Shown piece by piece: positions 30,478 through 39,531 of a stretch of 46,083 bases of DNA; position 1 is the first letter of the stretch, and each line of letters begins with the position of its first letter. The notes under the pieces were generated by a model. That model ran no database searches. It worked only from the letters and a program-made list of their open reading frames with translations, and was not told where the DNA came from. The translations under genes and the position numbers were made by a program. This stretch comes from an uncultured Clostridia bacterium. GTDB taxonomy: Bacteria; Bacillota; Clostridia; Christensenellales; UBA1242. The stretch covers positions 1-46,083 of the forward strand of contig CANQYX010000005.1 of assembly GCA_947628205.1 (NCBI GenBank), read 5' to 3'.

Positions 30478-31742
30478 TATCTAATTACCTTTGTTATTGG
30501 ATAAATTGGAGCGATTTTAACTTCTGTTAAACTAATTGAACCAGTAATAACATCCGCATATTTTTCAACATCTTTAACATCTTTGTAATAGAACGTTAAA
30601 AGCCTGTCCCCAACGCGCACAAGGTCACCAATTTTTACATTTAACCTAAACCCGATGTTGTTATCGTGTGAATTTGCACACAACTTTCTAACCAATTCGC
30701 CCAACAATATAGAGTTAATGTTGCCAACATATCCATTTTTTGTGCAAACAAAATCCACACTATGATATGGCTTAAATATTCTATTATTTTTTACGCTTTC
30801 CACCGACCCGCCTTGAGATTTAACAATTTTCAAAAACTGATCGTAAGCATAGCCATTATCCAACGCGTTGGCAACAATGTTGCCAAGCTCTGCCCTGCTA
30901 TATTTTTTATTTATTTTGTATATCATTTCAACCGCATAGCGAACCGAAATGTTCCTTAACATATTTTTTTTGCCGCGCAAAACTTCAATAGCGTCTGCAA
31001 CTTCAATTGCGTTGCCAATTCCATTGCCAATAGTTTGCACAGTGTTGGTTAAAACCACAACACACTCAACGCCATTTTGTTTAAAGATATATTTTAACAA
31101 TTTGGCAACTTTTTTAGCTTGGCTATACCGTTGAATAACGGCCGCATATCCATATTTAACATCAACAAAAACCATTCTTGCGCCACTGGCAAGCTTTTTA
31201 CAAGCAATGGAAGCGGCAACAAAATTTAAGTTATTTGCAAGGTTATACCCCTCCATAACGTCAAACAGCAATCTATCTGCCGGACAAATATCCCCATTAT
31301 GAGATAACACACAAGCATTTGTTTCGTCAAGAACAGTTTTGATGTCGTTATCCGTCAACTTGACATTGAACCCCGGAATTGCGCCAAACCTATCCGCACT
31401 GCCGTTTGTGAACACCAAAGATTTGCCCGTGGTTTTAATAATTTTATAACCGAGGCTGGCAATAAGCGGAATTAAAACCACGCTGGTGGAATCGCCCACG
31501 CCGCCAGTTGAATGTTTTTCAAACACCGCTTGGTTAAAAGTTAAAACACGCCCACTATCGCGCATCGCAAGGGCAAGATACATAACCTCTTTTTTGCTCA
31601 TGCCAAAAGAATCTAGGCACAAAAAGAAATTAACTATTTTGCTATCAACTCCACTTTTTAGCAAATAGTCCACTGCCAAATAATAATCTTCCATATTCAA
31701 GGCCTTGCCTTGTTTCTTTTTCTCAATCAATTTGTCAATCAT
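30477..31742 (-). CDS. pdp: Pyrimidine-nucleoside/thymidine phosphorylase-like protein, divergent active site
   Basis: LAMRDSG, KHSTGGVGD, KKLASG, DVKYG, IGNAIEV; start reassigned to 31742. Confidence 0.8.
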   Translation of the reverse strand: MIDKLIEKKKQGKALNMEDYYLAVDYLLKSGVDSKIVNFFLCLDSFGMSKKEVMYLALAMRDSGRVLTFNQAVFEKHSTGGVGDSTSVVLIPLIASLGYKIIKTTGKSLVFTNGSADRFGAIPGFNVKLTDNDIKTVLDETNACVLSHNGDICPADRLLFDVMEGYNLANNLNFVAASIACKKLASGARMVFVDVKYGYAAVIQRYSQAKKVAKLLKYIFKQNGVECVVVLTNTVQTIGNGIGNAIEVADAIEVLRGKKNMLRNISVRYAVEMIYKINKKYSRAELGNIVANALDNGYAYDQFLKIVKSQGGSVESVKNNRIFKPYHSVDFVCTKNGYVGNINSILLGELVRKLCANSHDNNIGFRLNVKIGDLVRVGDRLLTFYYKDVKDVEKYADVITGSISLTEVKIAPIYPITKVIR

Positions 31743-31748
31743 ATAAAT

Positions 31749-31777
31749 ATGATAATATTTATTTTTTATTTTGTCAA
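31749..31777 (-). promoter_or_regulatory. SigA promoter TTGACA-17-TATCAT, 6 nt from ATG (leaderless)
   Basis: Direct match; no SD sequence. Confidence 0.75.
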
Positions 31778-31890
31778 CTAAATTTAAAAGTTTTATAAAA
31801 GAAATTCTATTAAAACCATAATAATTCACAAAATTATTATAATTTTTGGCGATAATGTTTAAAAATATTGTATTTTGCAATAATTTTTAT

Positions 31891-32688
31891 ATGTCAAAGT
31901 TTAAATTTATTAATTTAATAGATAAAATTTTTGTTTCGGCTGGCGTATTTTTAATTGTGTTTGCATGGATCAATTTTTACATTAGAAATTTATGGGCAAC
32001 ATTTTGGCTAAGCATATTTTTTAGTTTTGCAATTGTTTTTTTGTTGTATTACTTCCTTGGCAAAAAACACGAAAAAGAATTTGCCTCTAAGCAAGAGATG
32101 AATGAAATGAACACCTATTTTTTAGCATTTAGATTAATGGGCAAAACCGAACAATTAAATTTATTAAGGCAAATGATAGCCAAACAAGCGAACTTAACAA
32201 AAAATGAAATTTTATTAAACAATAAAAAATTATGCTATAACGATGCCGATGGACTGCATTTAATTATAGTTGCAACTCACTTAACAAGAATTGATGATAA
32301 CGAATTAATTAATTTAATAAATGAAAATTTTAATGAAAAATACGATTGCTACGATATTTATTGCAACGAATTTATAGCAAACAAAAATTTGTTAAAGGAC
32401 AAAAAAATAAATTTCTTTAATCGCGCAAAAATTTATGAGCTTTTTAAAACTTGTGATATTTGTCCAAGCAATATAGACAAACTATCCCCATCTGCTTCAA
32501 AATTCAAATTTAAAGATGTTATAAAATCTATGTTTTTGCCTAACCGAGCAAAATCTTATTTTCTTTGTGGCATAATTTTAATCTTTAGTTCAATAATTTT
32601 GCCAAATCATTTATACTATATAATTTTTGGTAGTATGTTGTTATTATTTGCCATTATTTGCAAAATTTTGCCCAAAGTTTCAAACTAA
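31891..32688 (+). CDS. Hypothetical membrane protein (two N-terminal and two C-terminal TM segments)
   Basis: Hydrophobic pattern; ATG at 31891 avoids overlap with the pdp promoter region. Confidence 0.75.
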   Translation: MSKFKFINLIDKIFVSAGVFLIVFAWINFYIRNLWATFWLSIFFSFAIVFLLYYFLGKKHEKEFASKQEMNEMNTYFLAFRLMGKTEQLNLLRQMIAKQANLTKNEILLNNKKLCYNDADGLHLIIVATHLTRIDDNELINLINENFNEKYDCYDIYCNEFIANKNLLKDKKINFFNRAKIYELFKTCDICPSNIDKLSPSASKFKFKDVIKSMFLPNRAKSYFLCGIILIFSSIILPNHLYYIIFGSMLLLFAIICKILPKVSN

Positions 32689-32783
32689 AAATTTTTAAAA
32701 AATTCAAAATTTTGTTGAATTTTTTAAAAATTTTGTGTTTTAAGTGCTATTTTTTAATATTTTTTTAATTTTTATTAACATTT

Positions 32784-33914
32784 TCAAAATTTCGTTGTTT
32801 TTAACTTGTTGATTTGTTTCAAAATTTCAATCAGACAGTCAATTTCTTCAAACGAATTAAAATGGTCGACTGAAACGCGAAGCGCCCCACGCTTTAATGT
32901 GCCTAATTTTTTGTGTATTAATGGCGCACAATGCAAACCGGCACGCACACATATGTCGTGTTCGTTCAACAAATCTGCCACAAGCATGCAATCTAAATCT
33001 TTAACGTTAAAGCTAAAAACATTTTTTGAATTTTCGCTAAATAGCGGTTCAACAAAATTCAAATCTATAAGTTTGTTGTATAGATATTTAGAAAGTTCAT
33101 TTTCATGTTTTTTTATTGCTTCAAAATTTCTGAATAAATAGCCCACACCTGCATTTAAACTTGCAATTGGAATGGTTGGAATTGTTCCCGCTTCCAACCC
33201 TTCTGGCATATCGGTTGGCTGAATTAAATTTTCACTTTCTGTGCCCGTTCCGCCAAACAAAAGTGGTTTTAATTTTAAATTTTCGTTAACCATTAACCCA
33301 CCAACACCTGTTGTTGCGTAAAGCCCTTTATGTCCAGCAAACGCAAATAAATCTATATTGCAATTTGACAAATCTATGTCAATATGTCCGCACGCCTGCG
33401 CGCCATCAACGAGATAAATTAAATTATGCTTTTTTGCAATTTTGCCAATTGCGTTTATATCTGGGCATTCACCCGTTACATTTGAACAAGCGGTTGTTAT
33501 TATCATTTTTGTGTTGGGTTTTATTTGTTTTTCAATTTCTGCGGGCAAATCTTCAATAGCGCAAAAAAGCGTTGTAACCTCTATTCCATGCTTTTTTAAA
33601 AATTCTAGTGGACGCAAAACAGAATTGTGTTCATAGCATGTCGTTACAACATGGTCGCCCACATTTAAACTTCCAAAAATGGCTAGGTTTAATGCTTCTG
33701 TGCAATTTTTTGTAAAAATAACTTTATGGTTTGGCGCATTGAAAAATTCTTTTAATTTTTCGCGCGTATCAAACACCAAATCCGCAACAATATTTGAAAG
33801 ATTATGACCGCTTCTTCCCGGATTTGCGGTATATTTATTAAGTGCAGTTTCAACCGCGTTTTTAACAATTTGTGGCTTAACAAAACTTGTTGCGGCATTA
33901 TCAAAATATATCAT
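32784..33914 (-). CDS. Cysteine desulfurase family, class V PLP enzyme
   Basis: YFDNAATS, EHNSVLRP, DGAQ, AGHKGL, RAGLHCAP. Confidence 0.92.
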   Translation of the reverse strand: MIYFDNAATSFVKPQIVKNAVETALNKYTANPGRSGHNLSNIVADLVFDTREKLKEFFNAPNHKVIFTKNCTEALNLAIFGSLNVGDHVVTTCYEHNSVLRPLEFLKKHGIEVTTLFCAIEDLPAEIEKQIKPNTKMIITTACSNVTGECPDINAIGKIAKKHNLIYLVDGAQACGHIDIDLSNCNIDLFAFAGHKGLYATTGVGGLMVNENLKLKPLLFGGTGTESENLIQPTDMPEGLEAGTIPTIPIASLNAGVGYLFRNFEAIKKHENELSKYLYNKLIDLNFVEPLFSENSKNVFSFNVKDLDCMLVADLLNEHDICVRAGLHCAPLIHKKLGTLKRGALRVSVDHFNSFEEIDCLIEILKQINKLKTTKF

Positions 33915-33994
33915 ATAACAAGATATGAAAAATCTTTAATTTTAGTTAAGTAACACAAACTCAAAACAAAAAATAAAATGTTATAGAGGCATAT

Positions 33995-34255
33995 ATGAAA
34001 TACTTAATTATTGCTTTCAAATCGCGCAACGATTTACAAAGTTTTGCGCGTACTATCCGCCTCTACGGAATTAATGTTAGCATTGTAAACACGCCACGCA
34101 GCGTTTCGGTCAGTTGTGGGCTGAGCGCCCGTGCGGAATATAGATATTTAAACACGATAAAAACCGCATTAACTCAAACCGATTTAACTAGTTTTATTGG
34201 AATTTATGCAGTAACGCGAAATGGTGTTTATGAACAAGTTGAAAAAATTTTTTAG
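33995..34255 (+). CDS. DUF3343-like (putative S/Se carrier) protein
   Basis: LIIAFKS..NTPRSVSVSCGLS; adjacent to a cysteine desulfurase. Confidence 0.8.
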   Translation: MKYLIIAFKSRNDLQSFARTIRLYGINVSIVNTPRSVSVSCGLSARAEYRYLNTIKTALTQTDLTSFIGIYAVTRNGVYEQVEKIF

Positions 34256-34274
34256 CCGCGCTTTGCGGCTTTTT
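34254..34274 (+). terminator. Terminator after the DUF3343 gene
   Basis: agccgc-gcttt-gcggct-tttt. Confidence 0.7.
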
Positions 34275-34414
34275 AGTTCATTTTTTTAATTAAATTGTTG
34301 TTTTATCTTTTCAAATTTTTGGTCAAATTTTTATTTTTTATTAATTTTTTAAAATTTTTATAAAAAATCAATAATTTTTTACTAGTTTTTATAATTATTT
34401 TAGTTTAATTAAAA

Positions 34415-34443
34415 TTGACAATAACAAAAAAATATGTTAAAAT
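34415..34443 (+). promoter_or_regulatory. SigA promoter TTGACA-17-TAAAAT, 6 nt from GTG (leaderless)
   Basis: Direct match with TG; no SD sequence. Confidence 0.8.
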
Positions 34444-34449
34444 TATTTT

Positions 34450-35085
34450 GTGAAAAAGTTTGAAAAGATAAAAGCTTATCTTAATGAACTTTACCCCAAC
34501 GCCAGTTGCGCACTAAATTTTTCCACGCCTTACGAGTTGCTAGTGGCAGTTATGCTTTCCGCTCAGTGTACGGACAAGCGAGTAAACATTGTTACCAAAG
34601 ACCTATTTAAAATTGCCAACACACCGCAAAAAATGCTAAAACTTGGCGAGACAAAGTTAAAACAAATTATCCATCCGTGCGGGTTTTACAATGCAAAATC
34701 TAAGGCAATAATTGAAACAAGCGCAGATTTAATTAACAAATTTAATGGCGAAGTGCCTAAAACTTTGGAAGAATTAACAACTTTGCGCGGCGTTGGACGC
34801 AAAACGGCTAATGTGGTTATCGCAAACGCTTATGGTGGGCAAACAATTGCAGTAGATACCCATGTGCATCGCGTTTCAAAGCGGCTTGGTTTAGCAAGCG
34901 AAAATTCCACTCCTTATGAATGCGAAATGAGTTTGTTAAAAATTGTACCATACTCTGAGCGCAGTTTAACGCATCATCAAATTATTTTATTTGGGCGGGA
35001 AATTTGCAAGGCAATTCGCCCAAAATGTGAAATTTGCAAATTAAAAGACATTTGTTTGTTTTATAAGAATAGGGTTAAAAAATAA
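34450..35085 (+). CDS. nth: Endonuclease III
   Basis: LSAQCTDKRVN, HhH LRGVGRKTANV, VDTHV, C-x6-C-x2-C-x5-C Fe-S motif. Confidence 0.96.
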   Translation: MKKFEKIKAYLNELYPNASCALNFSTPYELLVAVMLSAQCTDKRVNIVTKDLFKIANTPQKMLKLGETKLKQIIHPCGFYNAKSKAIIETSADLINKFNGEVPKTLEELTTLRGVGRKTANVVIANAYGGQTIAVDTHVHRVSKRLGLASENSTPYECEMSLLKIVPYSERSLTHHQIILFGREICKAIRPKCEICKLKDICLFYKNRVKK

Positions 35086-35172
35086 AAAATTAATAAAATT
35101 TTAATGATTTTTTCAAAAAAATTGCAAAAAACAGCAAAAATTTTAAAAATTTTTAATAAAAAAGGAAAATTT

Positions 35173-36441
35173 ATGAATTTAGATAAAGTTACAATTTCAA
35201 TTAAAGCGGGCAACGGCGGCAGCGGAAAAGTTAGTTTCCATCGCGAAAAATTTGTTGAAAAAGGCGGACCAGACGGCGGCGATGGCGGCAATGGTGGCTC
35301 GATAATTTTTGTTGCAGATAAAGACAAAAACACTCTTGCAGATTTTCAATTTGTTAAAAAGTTTGAGGCTGAAAATGGCGAACCGGGCGGTGGCAAATTA
35401 CAAAACGGCAAAAATGGCAAAGATGTTGAAATTAAAGTTCCGTGCGGCACGGTTATTAAAGACGCAACCACCAAGCAAGTTTTGGCGGACATGCTTGCCG
35501 ACGGGCAAAAATATGTTGCGCTTAGAGGCGGGCGCGGCGGCAAAGGCAACAACTTTTTTAAGTCACCAACCAGGCAAAGCCCACGTTTCAGCCAGCTGGG
35601 CGAAGTGGTTAAGGCATATAAAGTTGTTTTGGAATTAAAAACAATTGCCGATGTTGCGCTTGTCGGCAAGCCTAATGTGGGCAAATCCACCCTGCTTAGC
35701 GTTATTACCAACGCCAAGCCAAAAATTGCAGATTACGAGTTTACCACCCTTTCGCCAAATTTGGGAGTGGTTAAAATTTATGGCGACAATTTTGTTGTGG
35801 CAGATATTCCCGGCCTTATTGATGGCGCAAGCGAAGGCGCCGGGCTGGGCCACGAATTTTTGGCGCACATTGAGCGCACACGCTTGGTCATTCATGTTAT
35901 TGACGCAAGCGGATATTACGGCAACGACATTGTTGAGGATTATAAAACAATTAACAAAGAATTGAAAAAATACAACGAAAAATTGAGCAAACTTCCGCAA
36001 ATTGTTGTGTTCACAAAATTGGATTTAATTGATAATATTGATGAAAAAATTGCATATTTCAAGCAAAAAATCAAAAAAAATGTGCAAATTATCCCTATAA
36101 GTTCAATCACGCGCAAAAATGTGGATGATTTTGTTAAAGCGGTTTACGAAAAGCTTAAAACGCTGCCAAAGTCCGCACCTATCCCGGTTGAGCAAACCGA
36201 GTTGGAGAAAAAGGACACCACTAGCGTACAAATCACACAACTTGCGCCACACGTGTTTGAATTGACCGGCGGTTATCTTGAAAATTTGCAACGCGGCATT
36301 GTGTTTAACGACAGCCGCTCACTCGCCTATTTTCAACAGCGCCTTGAAAAAGATGGCATATTAGAAAAACTAAAACAAGCCGGCGTGGTTGATGGCGACA
36401 CGGTTGTGTTCGGCGCGCTGCAATATGAAATTTATTTTTAA
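35173..36441 (+). CDS. obgE: GTPase ObgE/CgtA
   Basis: GGPDGGDGG, GKPNVGKST, FTTL, DIPGLI; C-terminal OCT domain; AAAGGA RBS before 35173. Confidence 0.97.
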   Translation: MNLDKVTISIKAGNGGSGKVSFHREKFVEKGGPDGGDGGNGGSIIFVADKDKNTLADFQFVKKFEAENGEPGGGKLQNGKNGKDVEIKVPCGTVIKDATTKQVLADMLADGQKYVALRGGRGGKGNNFFKSPTRQSPRFSQLGEVVKAYKVVLELKTIADVALVGKPNVGKSTLLSVITNAKPKIADYEFTTLSPNLGVVKIYGDNFVVADIPGLIDGASEGAGLGHEFLAHIERTRLVIHVIDASGYYGNDIVEDYKTINKELKKYNEKLSKLPQIVVFTKLDLIDNIDEKIAYFKQKIKKNVQIIPISSITRKNVDDFVKAVYEKLKTLPKSAPIPVEQTELEKKDTTSVQITQLAPHVFELTGGYLENLQRGIVFNDSRSLAYFQQRLEKDGILEKLKQAGVVDGDTVVFGALQYEIYF

Positions 36442-36452
36442 AAGGAAAAATT

Positions 36453-36746
36453 ATGATAACAAAAACTGAAAGAATTAAACTAAGAAGCATTGCTTCAACA
36501 ATCAAGCCAACCGTTTGGGTAGGCAAAGACGGGTTTAGCGAAAAAGTGCTTAAACAAATTGAAGAAGAACTTTTTAACCACGAACTCGTTAAACTTTCCA
36601 TGCAAGAAAACACCACCCCACCAACCGAATTTGAACTGACCGAAATGGCGGTTAAATTAGGCGCAGAAGTTGTAACCACAATTGGCAGAAAAATTGTTTT
36701 GTACAAGCACAGCGAGAAAAAAGGCATTAAGCACGTTTTAGCTTAA
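36453..36746 (+). CDS. yhbY: YhbY/CRM RNA-binding protein
   Basis: LRSIA..IKP.V.VGK.G, HELVK, IGRKIVLY. Confidence 0.92.
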   Translation: MITKTERIKLRSIASTIKPTVWVGKDGFSEKVLKQIEEELFNHELVKLSMQENTTPPTEFELTEMAVKLGAEVVTTIGRKIVLYKHSEKKGIKHVLA

Positions 36747-36754
36747 TGCCTTTT
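36717..36754 (+). terminator. Long hairpin/terminator overlapping the yhbY stop
   Basis: aaaaaggcattaagc-acgtttta-gcttaatgccttttt. Confidence 0.75.
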
Positions 36755-36820
36755 TGTAAGCTATTATAATCTTAAAAATACAACTCTCACTCAATTGTTT
36801 AAAACATAAATTCATAATAT

Positions 36821-37645
36821 TTACTCCACTCGGGAGTAGTTTTTTATTACAAAATCAGCGGATTTGTTAGGGTCGATTTGTTCATTAGAAGTTGTATTGT
36901 TGTTGTAATTTTTAAACAAACTTGATTTCATGTTAGATTTGTTATCTTTCTTTTTGGGCTTAAACAAATTTAAAATGCCGTCTAGTCCGCCAGAATTGGA
37001 TAGGTTTTTAATTAAAGTTGAAAAATCTAAATTCCCGCCTTGCGCGACACCACTCTGCCAACCTCCGCCTTGCGCGACACCATTTTGCCAGCCACTACTT
37101 TTCTCATCGCCGCTTTGTTCACCATCGCCTTGCTCGCCGCTTGAATTTTGATTGAGCATGGACAAAATGTTTCCAATTCCGCCTGCACCACTGCCGCCTT
37201 TAAACAAACCTGATAGCAATGGCAAGATGTTTTTTAAATCGAACGAAAAAGGTGGTTTTGGTGGTGGACACTTCGGTTTTGGTTTTGGAATACAATCGCA
37301 ATTACCCTTTTTAAAATTGTTATTTAAATAAAAATTTGGCACACTTTCATATGGTTCACTAAACACAACTTTTTGTGGCGGTTTTTGGCAATGATATTGA
37401 CCATTATGGCAGTTTTGCTGCCCACTATTGCCATTAGGTTTATGCGGTGGTTTGCAATTTGGTTGAAAATTAAAATTTAGTGGGCAAGAATTGTCCGCGG
37501 GATAAATATTTTGGCTAAAAAAATTTGGTGGAGGTTGATTGTTTGCACGCTCGGTTTTTTGTTTAGGCTCATCAACATTATATCCCCAATTTTGTATGTA
37601 TGCGTTTGGGTCGGAATAAAGATTTGCGTTATCGTTAAATTCCAT
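36821..37645 (-). CDS. Low-complexity Pro/Cys/Gly/Asn-rich protein, possible spore coat/exosporium component
   Basis: CDCIPKPKPKCPPPKPP and GWQxGVAQGG twice; CATA-N9-ATG promoter at 37645. Confidence 0.6.
   Translation of the reverse strand: MEFNDNANLYSDPNAYIQNWGYNVDEPKQKTERANNQPPPNFFSQNIYPADNSCPLNFNFQPNCKPPHKPNGNSGQQNCHNGQYHCQKPPQKVVFSEPYESVPNFYLNNNFKKGNCDCIPKPKPKCPPPKPPFSFDLKNILPLLSGLFKGGSGAGGIGNILSMLNQNSSGEQGDGEQSGDEKSSGWQNGVAQGGGWQSGVAQGGNLDFSTLIKNLSNSGGLDGILNLFKPKKKDNKSNMKSSLFKNYNNNTTSNEQIDPNKSADFVIKNYSRVE
37035..37093. repeat. 2 x 30-bp intragenic tandem repeat
   Basis: ccgccttgcgcgacacca at 37035 and 37065. Confidence 0.85.
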
Positions 37646-37722
37646 ATTTAAATATATGAAATATATTTGCTTTTTGTTTAACAAAACGACAAGTTTAAAC
37701 ATAATAATAAATGAGGTGAATT

Positions 37723-38001
37723 ATGCCAAGAGATTTTAAAACATTTGCCGAGCAGAACAAAAAAGTTGTTGAACAAAACGCAGACAAAGTTGGCGAATAT
37801 CAAGACATTATAAACAAATATAAAGATATGGACCAAAACTCACTGATGCAAAATTTGTTTGCTGAGGCAAGCAAGTTAAAACGCGAAGGCAAGTTGGATG
37901 CCAATTATCTAAACAATATAAAAAATTCAATTTCACCATTTTTAAATAACGAACAACAACAAATGTTAAATTCACTTATGGATGCAATTAATAAACAATG
38001 A
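37723..38001 (+). CDS. Small helical hypothetical protein
   Basis: GAGGTG RBS; CATAATAA upstream; 92 aa. Confidence 0.75.
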   Translation: MPRDFKTFAEQNKKVVEQNADKVGEYQDIINKYKDMDQNSLMQNLFAEASKLKREGKLDANYLNNIKNSISPFLNNEQQQMLNSLMDAINKQ

Positions 38002-38177
38002 ATATTAAAATATTTTATGTGAGCTAAATCAATTAAATAAATATCAATTAAATTAATTAAAATTAATAAAAAATCTAAAAAATTTTAAAAAATTTAAAAA
38101 CAGCATAAAAAATTTAAAAATTTTCTGTTTTTAAGCCAAAAAATTAAAATTTTAAAAATTTTTTATAAACAACCAAA

Positions 38178-39281
38178 ATGAATACAGATAAAATTAGCCC
38201 AGAACTTTTAAATAATGTAAACATTTTAAGCAAAGGTCAGCCGCAAGAAATTGTTGTTAGCACAAACAACTTTGACGAAACGAAAAGTTTCTTAAAAAAT
38301 TTTAAATTTCGTTACACACCCTACCGCTTTGCAAATTGTTTTTGCCTGCCTGCCGATTTTGACGACATTAACATTTTATCTAATCAAAATTTTGTAAACT
38401 ACATATACTCTAATTCGGTTGTAAAAATTGAAAGTGCGGAGCAAGATTTAATGAACATCTCTGCCCTAACCGAAAACAAATATTTTGGGCAAGGCCAAAC
38501 AATTTGTTTTATTGACACCGGCATTTGCCCTCACCTAGATTTTATTTTTCCTGAAACGCGACTTATTAAATTTATTGACCTTATAAATTTTAACAACACA
38601 CCTTATGACGACAACGGGCACGGCACTTTTGTTTCGGGCGTGGCGTGCGGGTGTGGAATTTTTAATAAAAATTATTGTGGCATTGCCAACAAGGCAAACT
38701 TAATTGTTATAAAAGCACTTGGCGAAAAAGGCAACAGCAATAGCAACAAAATTCTGGATGCAATGCAATGGGTTTACGAAAATTGCAAGGCGTATAACAT
38801 TTCAGTTGTGTGCATGAGTTTTGGTGCAGATGTTATAAACGGCAGCGACCCACTTTCTCGCGGCGCAGAGAGTTTATGGATGCGCGGAGTTGTTGTGGTG
38901 GCAGCGGCTGGCAACAGTGGTCCAGATAAGAGCACGATTAAATCCCCGGGGAACAACCCTTACATCATAACGGTGGGTGCACTAGATAGCAAAACCATGT
39001 CAGTTGCCGAATTTTCTAGTTGCGGACCTACAATTTATGGGCATAAACCCGATTTGCTTGCACCGGCAGTGGACATTGTTTCTTGTTCAAACGAAAATAC
39101 GCCTTACACCACTATGTCCGGCACTAGTGTTGCCACGCCAATTGTTGCAGGAATTTGCGCAATTATAAAATCACGCTACCCAAAAATGACTAATAACGAA
39201 ATTAAGAATTTTTTGCTTGCTCATTGCGTTAAATTAACAGGCGACATCGATAAAGAAGGTGCCGGATATTTAAAATTTTAA
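38178..39281 (+). CDS. Intracellular subtilisin-like S8 protease (AprX-like)
   Basis: IDTG, DDNGHGT, AAGNSG, MSGTSVATP; no signal peptide. Confidence 0.9.
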   Translation: MNTDKISPELLNNVNILSKGQPQEIVVSTNNFDETKSFLKNFKFRYTPYRFANCFCLPADFDDINILSNQNFVNYIYSNSVVKIESAEQDLMNISALTENKYFGQGQTICFIDTGICPHLDFIFPETRLIKFIDLINFNNTPYDDNGHGTFVSGVACGCGIFNKNYCGIANKANLIVIKALGEKGNSNSNKILDAMQWVYENCKAYNISVVCMSFGADVINGSDPLSRGAESLWMRGVVVVAAAGNSGPDKSTIKSPGNNPYIITVGALDSKTMSVAEFSSCGPTIYGHKPDLLAPAVDIVSCSNENTPYTTMSGTSVATPIVAGICAIIKSRYPKMTNNEIKNFLLAHCVKLTGDIDKEGAGYLKF

Positions 39282-39345
39282 TTAAATTTTTATTTTATTT
39301 AAAATTTTATTTTTATTTTTTTATTTAAAATTTTAAAATTTTTTT

Positions 39346-39371
39346 GTTACTTTTTTCGCGAAAAAAGTAAC
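39346..39371. repeat. Perfect 26-bp palindrome
   Basis: gttacttttttcgcgaaaaaagtaac. Confidence 0.85.
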
Positions 39372-39531
39372 TCAAAAAAGAAAGTTTAGTTACAAAAAAA
39401 CAAATCGAAAATAAAAACACTAAAAATTAAATTAGAAATATAAATATAAGTAATTGAAAATTAAATTATAAATAAAAATCAATAGTTCAATTAAAATTGA
39501 TTTTTTTAATTGTTTATGCTAATATATTTTT

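Noticed and set aside
32784-34255. Selenium-utilisation island
   Set aside because: The desulfurase and DUF3343 pair is present, but there is no selD, yedF/yedE or in-frame UGA in the window.
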